Positions 38,681 through 52,146 of a stretch of DNA of 64,000 bases are shown one piece after another. The translations under genes and the position numbers were made by a program. Position 1 is the first letter of the stretch; every line of letters starts with the position of its first letter. This DNA comes from Epiperipatus broadwayi (lineage: Eukaryota; Animalia; Onychophora), in the NCBI GenBank assembly GCA_028023455.1, contig JAQFVV010000001.1, forward strand, positions 5,890,001-5,954,000, in the 5' to 3' direction. The notes beneath the pieces were generated by a model. That model did no database searches, was not told the DNA's origin, and worked only from the letters and a program-made list of their open reading frames with translations.

Positions 38681-41600
38681 TTGTTTCTAAGGTTAGAAAT
38701 CCAAGTATAGTGAATCGAGTTAGGAATAAGCCATTAATTCAGGAGAATTAGCTTCAACTAGTGGAGTTACCACTATTTTAAAGAAGACAGGGGGTAAAGC
38801 TGTTGACAAGACCATGTTAAACTAGAGAAATCTTTGTTTATGTGTTTCTCTATGTAAGGACCTTTGATGTATGAAAAGGGGAACAATATGTGGTTTTTAA
38901 ACACATTAGATCTGGACATAGACTACTTAGAACCATTCAACATTGATGAGCCACCTATCATGTGTCAATGCCCAATAGTAACATATATTAGTGAATTAAA
39001 AATTGAAGCTTTAATTGACTCTGGAAGTCAAGCTTCTATACTAATCAGAGTGTATGTATATGAAAATTATAGTTGTACAAGGAAATATCCCATCCCTTCC
39101 TATAAAACAAATTAAAGTCACTTTAGCAAATGGAAATAGGATTAGGCTCTTTAACAAGAAAGTCTTAGTCACTTTTATTGTTAATGGTACCAAGTTTGAG
39201 CATGTTTCTTATCATGCCAGGATTAATACATGAAGCCATGATAGGATCTGACTTCATGATGATCCAGAAATGTAAAATTGATTTTAAAAACAATTTTTTT
39301 TGTTGTGGAGAAGAAAAGCTCAAGTTTGAATATAGATCACAGAACCTTTCTAATCAATTGTTGTGTATTCATGATACATCAATTGATGTTAGCATTCAGG
39401 CTAAAATAGGAAATGGTTTTTGAAGACAATTCTAAATTTAAGGAAAATTTATCCCAATTGATGTATGATTATAAATGTATTTTTTCTAAAATATCTGGTA
39501 TCATAGAAGGATATGTTCATCGAGTACAATTAAAAAGTAACGACCCTTTCCAGAAAAAGGTGTACCCCTATTCCATATTATCAGGATGAGGTACAAAATC
39601 AAATAGATAGAATGCTAGAATGGAAAATAATTAAAAAATACCCTTCTCCTTATGTTAATCCATTACTGATCATAAAAAAGAAGGCTAACTCTATAAGAGT
39701 TTGTTTGGGTGCTTGTATGTTAAACCAAATGACAATTCCTGAGCATGACATTTCTTCACCTTTACATAAACTCCTTATTAAATTTTGAGATAAGTCAATT
39801 TTTTCTACATTTGATCTAGCAGCTAGCTACTGACAAATTTACTACATGAGGAGGATCAGCAATATACAGCATTTTGTTTCAAGAGATAGTCATATGTTTT
39901 CAGACGTATGCCCTTTGGCCTCATTAATAGTGGAGCTGGCATGATTGGAAGTTTAAACATGGTATTTTCAAGGCAATTGAAAAAAAAGATCATCATGTAT
40001 GTGAATGATATAGTCATTGCATTGGGTAGTATGGAAGAGTATCTGGAATGCTTATGAATGTTTTTTCAAGAGCGTTTCTCCAAAAATATCAATATTAATT
40101 TAGAGAAGTGCTCTATAGCAGAAAGAGAAATTACTTTTCTGGGACATTTAGTCAATGAACATGGTATCCAACCCTATTCAGAAAAGATGGCTGATATACA
40201 GCATTTCCCCATATCTAAACTATGAAACAGTTAAAATCTTTCTTTGGTCTATGCAACTACTACCATAAATTTAATGAGAACTTTGCTGGAGACACTTTAT
40301 ATGCTGGAGACACTTTATATGCTTCTAAATTACTAAAAAAAGGTGAAAATGGCATTGGAACATTGAGCATAGTAATGAGTTCGAGAAGATTAAAACAAAT
40401 TTTCTTAAATACATGATTTTAACATACCCTGACTTCAATAAAATTTACAGATAGATAGTAGTCACTATGGTCTGGGAATAGTACTATATCAACTTAATGA
40501 TAATCATATGCCCCAGGTATTATATTTCTTAAGAAGATATTTAAGAGGGGCAGAGCTGAACTACTCCATCATGGAAAAAGAGACTTTAGCTGTTGTCTGG
40601 GCATTCCAGAAATTGAGCCAGTTTTTGCTAGGTTCTAAAGTGATTGTGTTGTCAGACTATAGAAGTTTGGAATTTTTAAATCACAGTTACTTAAATGATG
40701 AAAGGCTTGTAAGGTGGAGCTTGTATCTTCAACAATATAGCTATAAGGTTATTTATATTGAAGGGAGAAATAAGAAATAATATTCCTGTGGATATTCTTA
40801 GTCACTTCCCTGTTTATCTGGTAGATAGAAACTCTGATACTTAGAACATATGCATAAACAGTGTGAATGTTATACAGGATGAGTCTATAGAGGAAGATTA
40901 TAAAAATCTCTCTGATTCAAAGTCAGGATATAAAAATAAATAGCATCCGGACTATCTTAAATAATCAGGATAATAAAACACAACCTGATAAAATATTTTA
41001 AGAGTATGCCAAAGATATAAGGTATATCAAAATGTTTTAATGTTTAAGATGAATGTCAATGATGGGAATCATAGAGAATTGTAGTCCCACAATTTTTAAT
41101 TGATAAACTAATAGTCTATACTTACAATAAATATGGTCATTATGAGACTCCAAAATTTTTTATGTATTGAAATCTATTTTTAAATATAGAAATATGAACA
41201 AGAGAATTACACAAAGCTTTAAATCATGTGACATTTATCTTAAATCAAAATATTGTAATAGGTCCTATGCAGGTGTACTGCAACTATTATCCCTGATCAG
41301 CCTAACGAATTGTTAGCCATAAATTATTATGGATCTCCTCCACCTTTTAACCAGCAAAAGTTTATCTTAGTTGTATATGACATCTTCAGTAAATTGGTAG
41401 CAGTGTATCCTGTTTCAAAAGCAGATGCCAAGAATGTCATCAAATCTTTAATGAGAAATCAATTTCATAGTGTTGGTAAGCCTGATAGCATATTAACTGA
41501 TCATGCCATTGCCTTTATCTCTCACCAATGGAACAACTGGATTTAAATTCAAGGTATAAAACATTATGAGCTCCATAAGAAATCCACAATCTAATACTTG

Positions 41601-42184
41601 TGAGCACATAATGAGAGAGTTAAATAGATTATTCCCAGTCTATGTACCAGATAATCATACCCAAGTTCGTAAATTGTCTGAAATTGTCATTTATATCAAC
41701 ATAACTTACCATGAGTCTACTGGTTTCTCTCCCATGAGACTCCATTCCCAATTGTTAGGGAAAATATTGATATACAAATAGATTAGGAAAAAGCAAAAAT
41801 TAAGCTTAAAATTATGGGAAAGAAAAGAGTTAAAAGGTAATATTACAAGCCATACCCCTTCAAAATAGATGACTTGGTATTATTATGAACACCTCATGTC
41901 AGTGATGTTCAAAAGAATAAATACAAAAATTCTTAAGCTTGTATGAGGGTTCTTAGAAAATTCTAAAAAAATTGGAGAGAATGTTTTCATGCTGTCAACT
42001 CCAGAAGATATTAGAGGAACATATAATGCATGAAGCCTCATTCCTTATTCTGTAAGAGTCTAAAACAGAAGTTGTCAAAATTAATGTGATAAGGATTACA
42101 AATTTAGTTATTGTGATATTTAGAGTTTATGAATGGTCCAAAGGCAAATTAGTAGACTTAATAGTAAATTTCAAGAGTACAAGG

Positions 42185-42372
42185 AATTTTGTTTGTTTAA
42201 TTATTGTAGAAAGCCAAGTCATAGAGATCAATATAAAAGATTTTTTTTATAAGTTAAGCATTATAAAATTTAAAATTAATTTTGTTTGTTTAATTATTGT
42301 AGAAAGCCAAGTCGTAGAGATCAATATAAAATATTTTTTTTAAAACTTAAGCATTATAAAATTTAAAATTAA
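42185..42372. repeat. 93-bp tandem duplication in the gypsy 3' UTR
   Basis: AATTTTGTTTGTTTAATTATTGTAGAAAGCCAAGTC at 42185 and 42278. Confidence 0.9.
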
Positions 42373-42385
42373 ATGAAGGGAGAGA

Positions 42386-42750
42386 TGTTGTGCACTTTTT
42401 ATTAGTCCACTCTATTCTAAAATAAATTTTTGTTGTATAATTTTAAATTTTATTAAATCCAATAATATTTACTTAGTAAACTAGGAAAGATAATGACATG
42501 TTAGTATCATAGGGTTTGAACTTGGGTGTAGTTGGTTTAAAATTTATAAAGGATCTGATAGGTCAAGTAATTAATTGAAGATATATAGATAATAATCTAT
42601 AAAGTCATGATATAGCTACAAATAAGTAAACAGTACTTATTTAAAATATATTAAAAAAAATATTATTTCTATAATTATAATATTATTTAAGTAATTATGA
42701 TATTCTTTATAGATATAGTGACGTTCAAATTTTTGTCTTGTAAACCAACA
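42386..42750 (+). repeat. Putative 3' LTR (~365 bp)
   Basis: Purine tract AAATGAAGGGAGAGA (42371-42385) immediately followed by TGTTG; CAACA ends at 42750. No matching 5' LTR was seen, so the right end is tentative. Confidence 0.6.
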
Positions 42751-43836
42751 TGTGTTATATAAATAGATCAATTGTCTGTGCGTGAATATAAAAATAAAAA
42801 AAACTAAATAAAAGTCCATTATTATTTCTAGCTAAATTTTAAATGGTGTTTAAGAGTAAATATTATAATAAATAATATTCATTTTACAAAAGTACTAATC
42901 TAAATCAAGAAAATAAACTGTATTCAATCCAATTTTTAGAGAAAAGAAAAAATATTATCTTTATTTTAAAATGTTTCAAAAACTAAGATTTCATTTTTTT
43001 AAAAAAAACAAAAAAACAACAACAATCAAGCATTCATAGCTAAAATAAATGTTTGCAAACAGAAAGGGGGAAGAGGGTAATAAAATTATAAAAAAAAAAT
43101 AGGCAGACGATTTTTCATTAAAATTGGAGGGAGAATTGAATTGAAGTCATTTCAAAAGGGGAACAAGTGGTCTAGGTTTTTGATTTATTTTGAAAAAGTT
43201 TGATTTAAAATTCATTTAAATATTGCCATTTTTTAACCATGGAGAAAAAATAAAATTTAATTATGGATAATTTAAAGAATCAGAGGAAGTATTAATCAAA
43301 ACTGAAGAGCTAATTTAATTATTCTCTATGGGCAGAATCAACACATTGGTAAGTCTCAAGAAACTCTTGAAATCATTATAAAAAAAGTATAAATAAAATG
43401 CAGGACCAAAGAAATTGTATATCTTATTCTCTTGATGGGAAAATTAAAAGGACGGAATATAGACTGAAGTTAACAGATAAACTTAATCATTCCACGTCCA
43501 GAGTAATTCAAATAAATGTATATGCTTGGATTATCAACGAAGGCAAAGGAAGCTAATTTTACTTTGAATAAAGCTAAGTATGTTTTTTTCTAAAAAAATA
43601 CTTTGAACTTAAGTAAGTAATAAGACACTAATGTGTTGAAGGTAAAGTTATTCATTAAAACAATTTATTTGGCTTAGCGTTTCCAGAGTTTGTTACTCCA
43701 TAAGCATAAGCTTGTAGAAAGAAATAAACATAGAAACTTTATATATGTGTATATAAAAAAAGAAGCAATAAATGATAGAGCAAGTTTGAATAAAACCTTA
43801 TGTAAAGAAATGAGTAAAAATTAACGATTTGAATTT

Positions 43837-44799
43837 GGTAAAGGTTTACTATAATGGTCTATGGTTGTTTGCCCTCTATTGTTTAAAATTTAAACTAAAT
43901 TGTTTGAGAATCTTACGTGTATGTTATTATATTACAAATAAATTAAAATTTAATCAAATGTAAAAGATAATAATAAAAACATTTACCTTTTAAAACCTAA
44001 TTATGTCCTATATACATTAGGAAGTTGGAGAAAAAAGCGGTATTGCTGCATCTACTCCAGAGGGCAAATTCATGCAGGTACGATGAAAACAAAGCTCTGC
44101 TAGTGCCAGATTAGAATTTCAGCTTACGCTGTGCTCTCATTCACAGGTTTTCAATATTCTGGGTGTGTATGTCTTGGTCTTTGGGATGCACAAAGTTGTC
44201 CTGATGGACGACAACCGAATGAATATACACACCATTATTGAGACTGCTGATGTTATTGTACGCAGCCCAGCCATCTGAAATAATGTGTGTACCTGGTAAA
44301 ATGAACCGCTGTATCAGGCCCTCCAGTGTATCAGCCATCCTGTTTGCAACTTCTGTCAAGAAGCACTTTCTTGATGCTCTCTCTATACCGCCAGAATAGC
44401 AGCAACACTCAAAATTTCACATCAGGTACTAAGCATGTAGCAGACATTTTTTCCAACTATAAAACTGTACACGTGTGCATGTAATTCACACCGTTGAACA
44501 CATAGGGTGTCTTCTTTTTTTTTTGCAACGTGCTATAAATGTAGTTATTTTAAATTCTTAAATTGTAGACAGTTTAAATTCTTAACTTTCAAACAAATTA
44601 AAAGTAATTCTTTTAATTAATGACATGTAATTAATCCAACATTCAAAAGGTTTTTATTATTATTATTATCTTTTACATTTGATTAAATTTTAATTTATTT
44701 GTAATATAATAACATACCTGTAAGATTCACAAACAATTTAGTTTAAATTTTAAACAATAGAGGGCAAACACCCATAGACCGTTATAGTAAACCTTTACC
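43837..44799 (-). mobile_element. Merlin (IS1016/IS1595-related) DNA transposon, internally deleted
   Basis: TIRs GGTAAAGGTTTACT...AGTAAACCTTTACC (>100 bp); 8-bp TSD TTGAATTT; DTLEGLIQRFILPGTHIISDGWAAY...HSVVVHQDNFVHP...HTQNIENL. Confidence 0.92.
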
Positions 44800-44957
44800 T
44801 TGAATTTTAATATCTCCGAGTTTAAAAGAAAATTACACTACATGATATATATAAATTTGACCAATAAAGATCGTGTTTATATGGGTATAAAACAATAGCC
44901 ACCTCTCAACATCAATAGAATATCTCATTTAAGATTGAAATAAATACATAAAATAAT

Positions 44958-45932
44958 GGTAAAGGTTTACTTTAGCGACCATATAAAATTATGTTCGCCC
45001 TCTAGTTTTCAAAATTAGAAGTAAATTATTATTCGGAAATCTTAGGTATATGCTACTATATTACAATTACATTAAAATTTATTAAAACGTTAAAGATAAT
45101 ACAAAAAATATTTACCATTTTAAAGAAGTTAAAATAATTACACTAGATTAATTAAAATAATTAGTTTAAATTATTTGAAACTTAAAAATTTAAACTATCT
45201 AGATTTATAGCACTTATTACAGAAAAAAAAACACCTCTGGGTTCAAAAATTTGAATTACATGCACATGTACAGTTTTATAGTAGCCATCAAATGGCTTGC
45301 AAGAAGACACCTTCTGAAAAATTATGCCACATGCAGTGCTGTGTTTGTTGTTTGTTGGTGATGTATTCTGCAGGCATAGATGAGGGTAGATGGCAATGCA
45401 GAATGTCACCAGCATAGCACAATCAGAAAGGGGTCTTTCTTTTTCTGAAGTCATCTGTCTCTGGGAACAATTATAAATATAGTGTACTTTTGGTTGCATA
45501 ATTTGCCCCAAGAATACATTGTGCATGAAACTGGCATCAGCAAAAAAATAGTCATTTACTGGGCTAATTTTTGCTGTGAAGACCAAAGACCAAGACATAC
45601 ATACCCAGAATATTGAAAATATGTGGATGAGAGCAAAGCATAAGCTGAAATTCCAATCTGGTACCAGCAGAGCTTTATTTTCATTGTATCTCCAAGAATT
45701 TGCCTTCTGGAGTAGACACAACATTGCCGCCTTTTTCTCCAACTTCCTAGTATGCATAGGACAGAATTATGCTTAAAAAGGTAAATGATTTTTTTTTTTA
45801 TCTTTTACATTTTAATAAATATTTACTGTAATTGTAATATAGAAGCATATACATAAGATTTTAGAATATTTTAGTTCTAATTTTAAAAACTAGAGGGCGA
45901 ATATGATGTGGTCGCTAAAGTAAACCTTTCCC
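44958..45932 (+). mobile_element. Second Merlin copy, internally deleted (N-terminal and C-terminal parts retained)
   Basis: TIRs GGTAAAGGTTTACT / AGTAAACCTTTCCC; 8-bp TSD AAAATAAT; STIRKGSFFSE (N-terminal) joined to DIHTQNIENMWMRAKHKLK. Confidence 0.9.
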
Positions 45933-46104
45933 AAAATAATTATTATAAAGAGAATATCCTGGAAAATATTTAATCCAAATAAATCTGCATATCAAATAGA
46001 TAATGGTCTGAGAAGGGAGACACATGTAGATATTATGACCTACTTTTAAAAGGAAAGTGATAAATGTTTCCCTTGATCATGTGACCAGAATTGAACAAGA
46101 AGCA

Positions 46105-47990
46105 GTTCAATGTACTATATTACTATTCATGCAGGAAGCCTTTAAATGGAGGGGAGAAGGCAAGTTGATGATATTCTTCTATTATCAGACAAAAAAAAAC
46201 GAATAGCTAATACCTGGAAAATAATATGTCCAGCCCAACTCCACTTCAGTCTTTTAATTCTTTCAATGATGTCAGTAATGCCTGTTTGTTCTCTTACCCA
46301 TATATTGTGTTTTCAATTTTTTCTTGTTACTCCTAACATGCATGCTCTCCATATTTCTTTAAGTTGAATTCAGAGACTTCAGACAACTTAAAGTGTCCAA
46401 GTCTCGGATCCATAAGTACAAACTAATAAAACACATTTATGAAAAATCTTCCTTTTCAAACACATAGGCATATTTCCTTTTAGTATTAAGTTATTTCTAC
46501 TAAAAGCACTCCAAACAAGTTTAATTCTATGATTAATTTCATCCATTATGTTTCCATCTGTGGTAATAATCTGACTAAGGAATTTGTAGTTGTTAACTTT
46601 TTCTATCTTATCATAATCAATCTTTATTTCCATCTTTTGAAAAAATTAATTGAACATTACTTTAGTCTTTTTAAAATTTACCTTTAGTCCTACTTTTTTA
46701 CTTTCATGTGATAACTCCTGCAACATTTCCTGAAGCTCTAAAGCATTGTTTACAAAAACAATGGCATCATTTGCAAAATTTAACTGACTTAAATAATCTC
46801 TATTTACTTTTACTCCTTTAGTTTCCCATTTTAATCCACAAAATACTTCTTGGAGCACTGCTGTAAAACGTTTTGGATGTATGAAGTCACCTTGTCTTAC
46901 ACCCTTCTCAATGTTAACCTTCCTAGTATTGTTATATAATCTATTTGTTGTTGTTGCATTTTTATAAATATTCTTCAGAATATGATATCCTGGCTCTACA
47001 CCTTGATGATCCAATGGTTTAATCACTGAAGAAATGTTTATAGAATCGAATGCTTTTTCATAATCTACAAATCCAAAGCACAATGGCAATTCATATTCAT
47101 TGGTTTTTTCTATAACTTCTCTTAATACTTGGATGTGATCTACTGTACTAAAACCACTTTTAAATCCAACTTTCTCTCTTGGTTGGTTGAAATTCAATTT
47201 TTCTGTAGATGAGTTATAATTATCTTGGTAAAATTTTTTGTATAAAACTGATACTGATAGGTTTGTAATTTTTAATATCTTCTTTATCACCTTTTTTAAA
47301 TATTAAAATAAATACTGCATGATTTCTTCTAATCATTTGGCATATCTTTATCATTTAGACATTTCATATATAACTTTATCAAAATTCTTTCTATTTCTTT
47401 ACCTGTTTCTTTTAATATATCGATTATAATTCCATCACTACCTGAAGCTTTTTCTTTCTTCATAGATTTAATTGGGTGTCTCACTTCTTCATTTAAAATT
47501 CTGGGCAATTTAGAAGATGTAATAGATGTATGAGGTACTTGTTCTTTATTACTATATAATTTTTGATTGAACTCTTTTACCCATTTCATGATGTTATTTC
47601 TCTTTTTAGAAATAGTTCCATCATTTTTTCTTATTGCAGATATAACTTTCCTACCAATAACAAAATGTTGTTTTACACTCTTGAGACTTTTATTTTCTTC
47701 TACAGCCTTTCTTGCTAGTTCACAATTATATTTCTTAAATCATTATTAACTCTTTTTCATACCATTTTACAAAATTCGAGATATTTAATTCTTTTTAATG
47801 AATCGTTTTTATATATCTTCATATTCCTTCTTTTCTACATTAATTTTCTAGTCTCAGTAGAAATTTTATTGGTCAATTGTGACTTTCTTCCATCAGCTAT
47901 CTTTGTTGCAATTTTTAAAAGTGTATCAGTTATTTTCTTATTAATTTCATTCAAATCTGAATCATATTCAAGATCTGATTCTCATTCTTA
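46105..47990 (-). mobile_element. RTE-clade LINE, 5'-truncated, RT domain with frameshifts
   Basis: KASGSDGI, GFKSGFSTVDHI, FVDYEKAFDS, GVRQGD, LNFANDAIVF, YKFLSQ, TYGSETWTL. Confidence 0.93.
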
Positions 47991-48870
47991 TGTAACATTA
48001 TTAGTACTAGATGATTTTAACATCGTTTGTGACTACTGACCCCTTACAATCATTATTTTGTTTAAACATTAATATATGGTAGAATCAAGTCCTACCATAT
48101 ACTATCTATTCTTTCATTAATACTTATGTGACTGCAGGTCACTGTATGCTATGTACTACATACCATAGGCATATAATCTCTCCATATTTGCATTCTGATA
48201 TAACTATTGTAGTACAGTTGTGAATTCCTATATTTTACAATTATTTTATCACCTATTGCATACTAATGTTATAACCTGTAATTAATTACAATGGTTGATT
48301 AGTAAAATCAATCTTAATAGTTGACAGCAGATAGGTCTTTGTCTTTCAACCAATTCACTTTAATAGTATTCCAAAATAGTATTAATTATTTTAAAAACGT
48401 TATAACACTATATACAATGTCTGTGCATAATTATAATTAAATACATTTAATAAAGCTTTGGAAAGGTTTATTTACCTAAAGTTATAAATCAAATGATTAA
48501 CATTATGTCATTATATGTTTTGTGTTGTATATATGTAAATAAATAGTGTTGTCTCATTATTTTTGGCAATTGATCATCTTTATTTGCAATCAATAACTTA
48601 GGTAAACAGTTAAGGGTTTCTTGTTTTCTCTCTGACCTTAGTGGGCTGTAAGAGACAAACTTGGTATTCTGTGATTTCAGAATATGGGTTGTGCAATTCT
48701 GTCAGTCACAACATAGCTGCCTGAATCATTGTAGATTTGGCTAGAATTGCTTGCAAATCCACATAGTATTTGGATCCATTAACAATTTTATATTGAACAT
48801 GTGCCCACACCTACTAGAAATGTAACAATATCTTAATGATTTTGAAACAGGAAAAAATCTATAGTATTGC

Positions 48871-49221
48871 CAAGCCAGAGTAATGAATAGATGCCAGAAG
48901 GCTTGTGCATAAATGGCCCATCTAATGCCTATTCATCCAATACCCTCAGACGAGTTTCTGGTTTGTGACCTTTGTCAGTGAGGAGCCTTGGATCTAAGAG
49001 CACTGCACCAAGATCTTAGGATCTAAGGCAACCCTCCAGCAGCCACCTTTTATCTCTACTTAACTACAAATCTATGAGTCTTAAATTAAAAACACTAATA
49101 TTTTCAATCCAAGCTCATTAGCTTATATAGTCAGAAACTAGTCTGGGGATATTGGATGAGTAGGCACTAGATGGGGATTTTATGCACAAGCATTCTGGCA
49201 TCCATTGATTACTCTGACTTG
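48871..49221. repeat. Fold-back repeat (~100-bp inverted arms) with a possible HHR relic in the loop
   Basis: CAAGCCAGAGTAATGAATAGATGCCAGAAGGCTTGTGCATAAA mirrors TTTATGCACAAGCATTCTGGCATCCATTGATTACTCTGACTTG. Loop contains GTGAGGA-GCCTT-ggatct-AAGAGC and TTAGGATCTAAGGC. Confidence 0.7.
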
Positions 49222-49489
49222 TACTGAGTGGCAATATGTATAGAGAGTTTTTCCTGTTTTAACAACAGTTATAAGCAAGCATAAGAAATGGTGATCATGC
49301 GATCTTAGTGATTTATTAAAAAAATCCCTGAATTTACAGCTGAATGCAAGCTTCCTCAGCTTAATAGAAAATCTCTCACTTTCTTCCCTCCTTGTGTGTA
49401 AGTAATATCTCTGTATTATTGTTAGGGATTTTGGACAGATAAATACCAACAGTAGAGATAGCACTATGTCACAATAAAGCTCAGTCTAA

Positions 49490-50290
49490 GGCATAGATTC
49501 CATAAGTAAGAACTGGTAAAACACATTTATTAAAAGCCTTTCTTTACAAATGCATAGACATACTTTCTTTTAGTATCAAGTTATTTCTACCAAGCTCCCA
49601 ACCAAGTTTAATTCTATGATTAATTTCCTCCATTATGTTTCCATCTGTATTAATAATCTGACCAAGATATTTATAGTTGTTAACTTCTTTTAACTCATCA
49701 TAATCAATCTTTATTTTCATATTTTGAGAAAATCCATTGAACATTACTTTAGTCTTTTTAACATTTATCTTTAGTCCTACTTTCCTATTTTCATCTGATA
49801 ACTCTTGCAACATTTCCTGAAGCTCTAAAGCATTATTTGTAAAAGCAACTACATCATCTGCAAAATTTAAATGACTTAAATAATCTCCATTTACTTTTTC
49901 TTTATATTCACATTTTAATCCACAAAATACTTCTTACAACACTGCTGTAAAAAGTTTTGAAAATATAGAGTCACCCCATCTTACACCCTTCTCAATGTTG
50001 ACTTTCCTAGTATCATTATGTAATCTAATTGTTGCTGTTGCATTTTTATAAATATTCTTTAAAAATATGACAATATCCTTGATCTATACCTTGATGATCC
50101 AATGCTTTAATCACTAAAGAAATGTTTATAGAATCAAATGCCTTTTCATAATCTACAAATCCAAACCATAATGGCAACTCATATTCATTTGTTCTTTCTA
50201 TAACTTCTCTCATTACCTGGATATGATCTACTGTACTAAAATCACTTTTAAATCCAGCTTGCTCTCTTGGTTGGTGGAAATGCACATAAG
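49490..50290 (-). mobile_element. RTE-clade LINE RT fragment, same family as 46.1-48.0 kb
   Basis: REQAGFKSDFSTVDHI, FVDYEKAFDS, GLKINVKKTKVMFN, YKYLGQ. Confidence 0.9.
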
Positions 50291-51015
50291 ATCTTGTGTG
50301 TTTATTCACTGCAAATTACTGCAAACATCACTAATTTTAATTAACATTTTAAAATTTGATTGAAATGCAAATACAAAACATTTGTTCCATGTGAGTTGGC
50401 TAATTTTCTGAATAGCAAGAGTGAACTCTTCTAATGAGCCAATTTTAGCTAGTTTGATTGTTTTTCCTGCCATGAGAAAAAAAATCTTTGACATTTCTTT
50501 ACAGAAAAATAGCAGTCACTCACACTTGGATATTTTAATTTTTGTTGATATTCTAATATATTAGCTGTCAATATTTTATAATTAATGACAATGACCTAAA
50601 TAACCTATGGAGGCAGATCCGGTTGCAACTGTGCCAAATCTGCTGTAATATACATGTAATCATGTAAGTACAATTAAATATTCTATTAAGTGTATGTAAA
50701 ACATATTTACAATATATACAATTTCAAGAACTTCAATAAACTTTATCTCAGACAATGTAAGGCAAAAAATAAATATGTACAAAGTACCCAGAGAAAAGCT
50801 TTATTTAACCATAATAACATGGTCTCTTTAGCATGCTTTCAACTATTGAGTAGTCATAAATGTTTATTACAACTCAGTAGTCAAAGGTATGCTAAGCAGA
50901 CCATGCTATTATGATTAAATTAAGCTTTTTTTATATACTTTGTACACATTTATTTTTTGAAATATGTACAATTGTAATAAATAATTATAAGTTTTAAATT
51001 TTCATAATTGCAAAG

Positions 51016-51139
51016 TGGAAGTAACTATCTCCCACTGAATTATGTAACATCAAAAACCAATGACAAGATAGAAGGGTATCATTCTATCTTTTCATTGATT
51101 TTTGATGCTACATAACTTAGTGGGCATGAGTTACCTCCA
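51016..51139. repeat. ~124-bp imperfect hairpin
   Basis: TGGAAGTAACT...ATCAAAAACCAATGACAAGATAGAA-gggtatca-TTCTATCTTTTCATTGATTTTTGAT...AGTTACCTCCA. Confidence 0.85.
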
Positions 51140-52146
51140 TTTTCCAATTACAAATATATACAATTGATATATGTTTGTTTGATACTATTGGTTAGGTATA
51201 GTGTCTGATTGCTGTAAAACTATTGATGGAAGAAACTCAGCACATCCCTTTAATCTGCTCCTTTGAAATTTGTCTCAAGTGTAGGTACAGTGACACTTTC
51301 AGTTGTACATTGACAGATTTTTTTATGTCAGGTTTATTATCAAGTAGCTTCCATTTAAACATTATCTTGTCTCACTGCTGTACAATATTGTGAACAAATC
51401 TTACTGCCATTCAGCTCTGACAGTCATTTAGTTGTCTTTTTATACCTCCAAAAAACTAACATTTTATAATTATGTCATTTATCTTAATGAGAGATTGTGC
51501 ATTTATATCTACATCTATTGATTTTTTTCTATCATTGGCTATATTTAATCTAATCATATAATCATTGCTTTGTAGCAGTAATGCAGTATTCAATAAAGAT
51601 AAGATTGAATCCGGACAAGTTCAATATTTACTTGAAGTAAATTGAGCCATAACAATGTGTATATTCTGTTATTATTGCAATTGCTATATTAAAGTATATG
51701 CCTTCATTTAAACAGGTAATTTGTTGCTTATTTGAATTTATCAAAAGTTTGCCTAATCTGAAGTTGATTATTAACTTCCTTTAGCCAGGCCACATAGACG
51801 AAACTACATCATCTTTTTTTTTGCCAAAATTCTTTAATTTCTAGACTCTACAATGACTATTACCCGCAAAATAATATACCACTGTAGATGCGTTGACTGC
51901 ATGCTGGAACAGATTTTTCAACTATATTCTGGTCATATTAATGTGAAATGCGATACTGAATAACTTGGAATTAAAACATTCACATATTAAAGAGAAAAGA
52001 ATTAATTATTTAATGTTATATTATTGTATTTATTATGCTTCGATCAATATTGTTATTATAAATTATATTTAATTTTTCAAGTTTTAATATTAATAGACAT
52101 TTCTCCATGTGTTTCTGCAAGAAAAACTTGAAAATATGACTTAAAC

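Larger units (their letters stand above)
38864..42750 (+). mobile_element. Ty3/gypsy LTR retrotransposon, decayed pol (PR-RT-RH-IN) with PPT and 3' LTR
   Basis: ALIDSGSQAS / MIGSDF (protease), RMPFGL and YVNDI (RT), ELNYSIMEKETLAVVWA (RNase H), VVYDIFSKLV / ILTDHAIAF / NPQSN (integrase) in gypsy order; many stops. Confidence 0.9.

Noticed and set aside
45182-45757. 191-aa - strand ORF
   Set aside because: Antisense frame of the + strand Merlin remnant.
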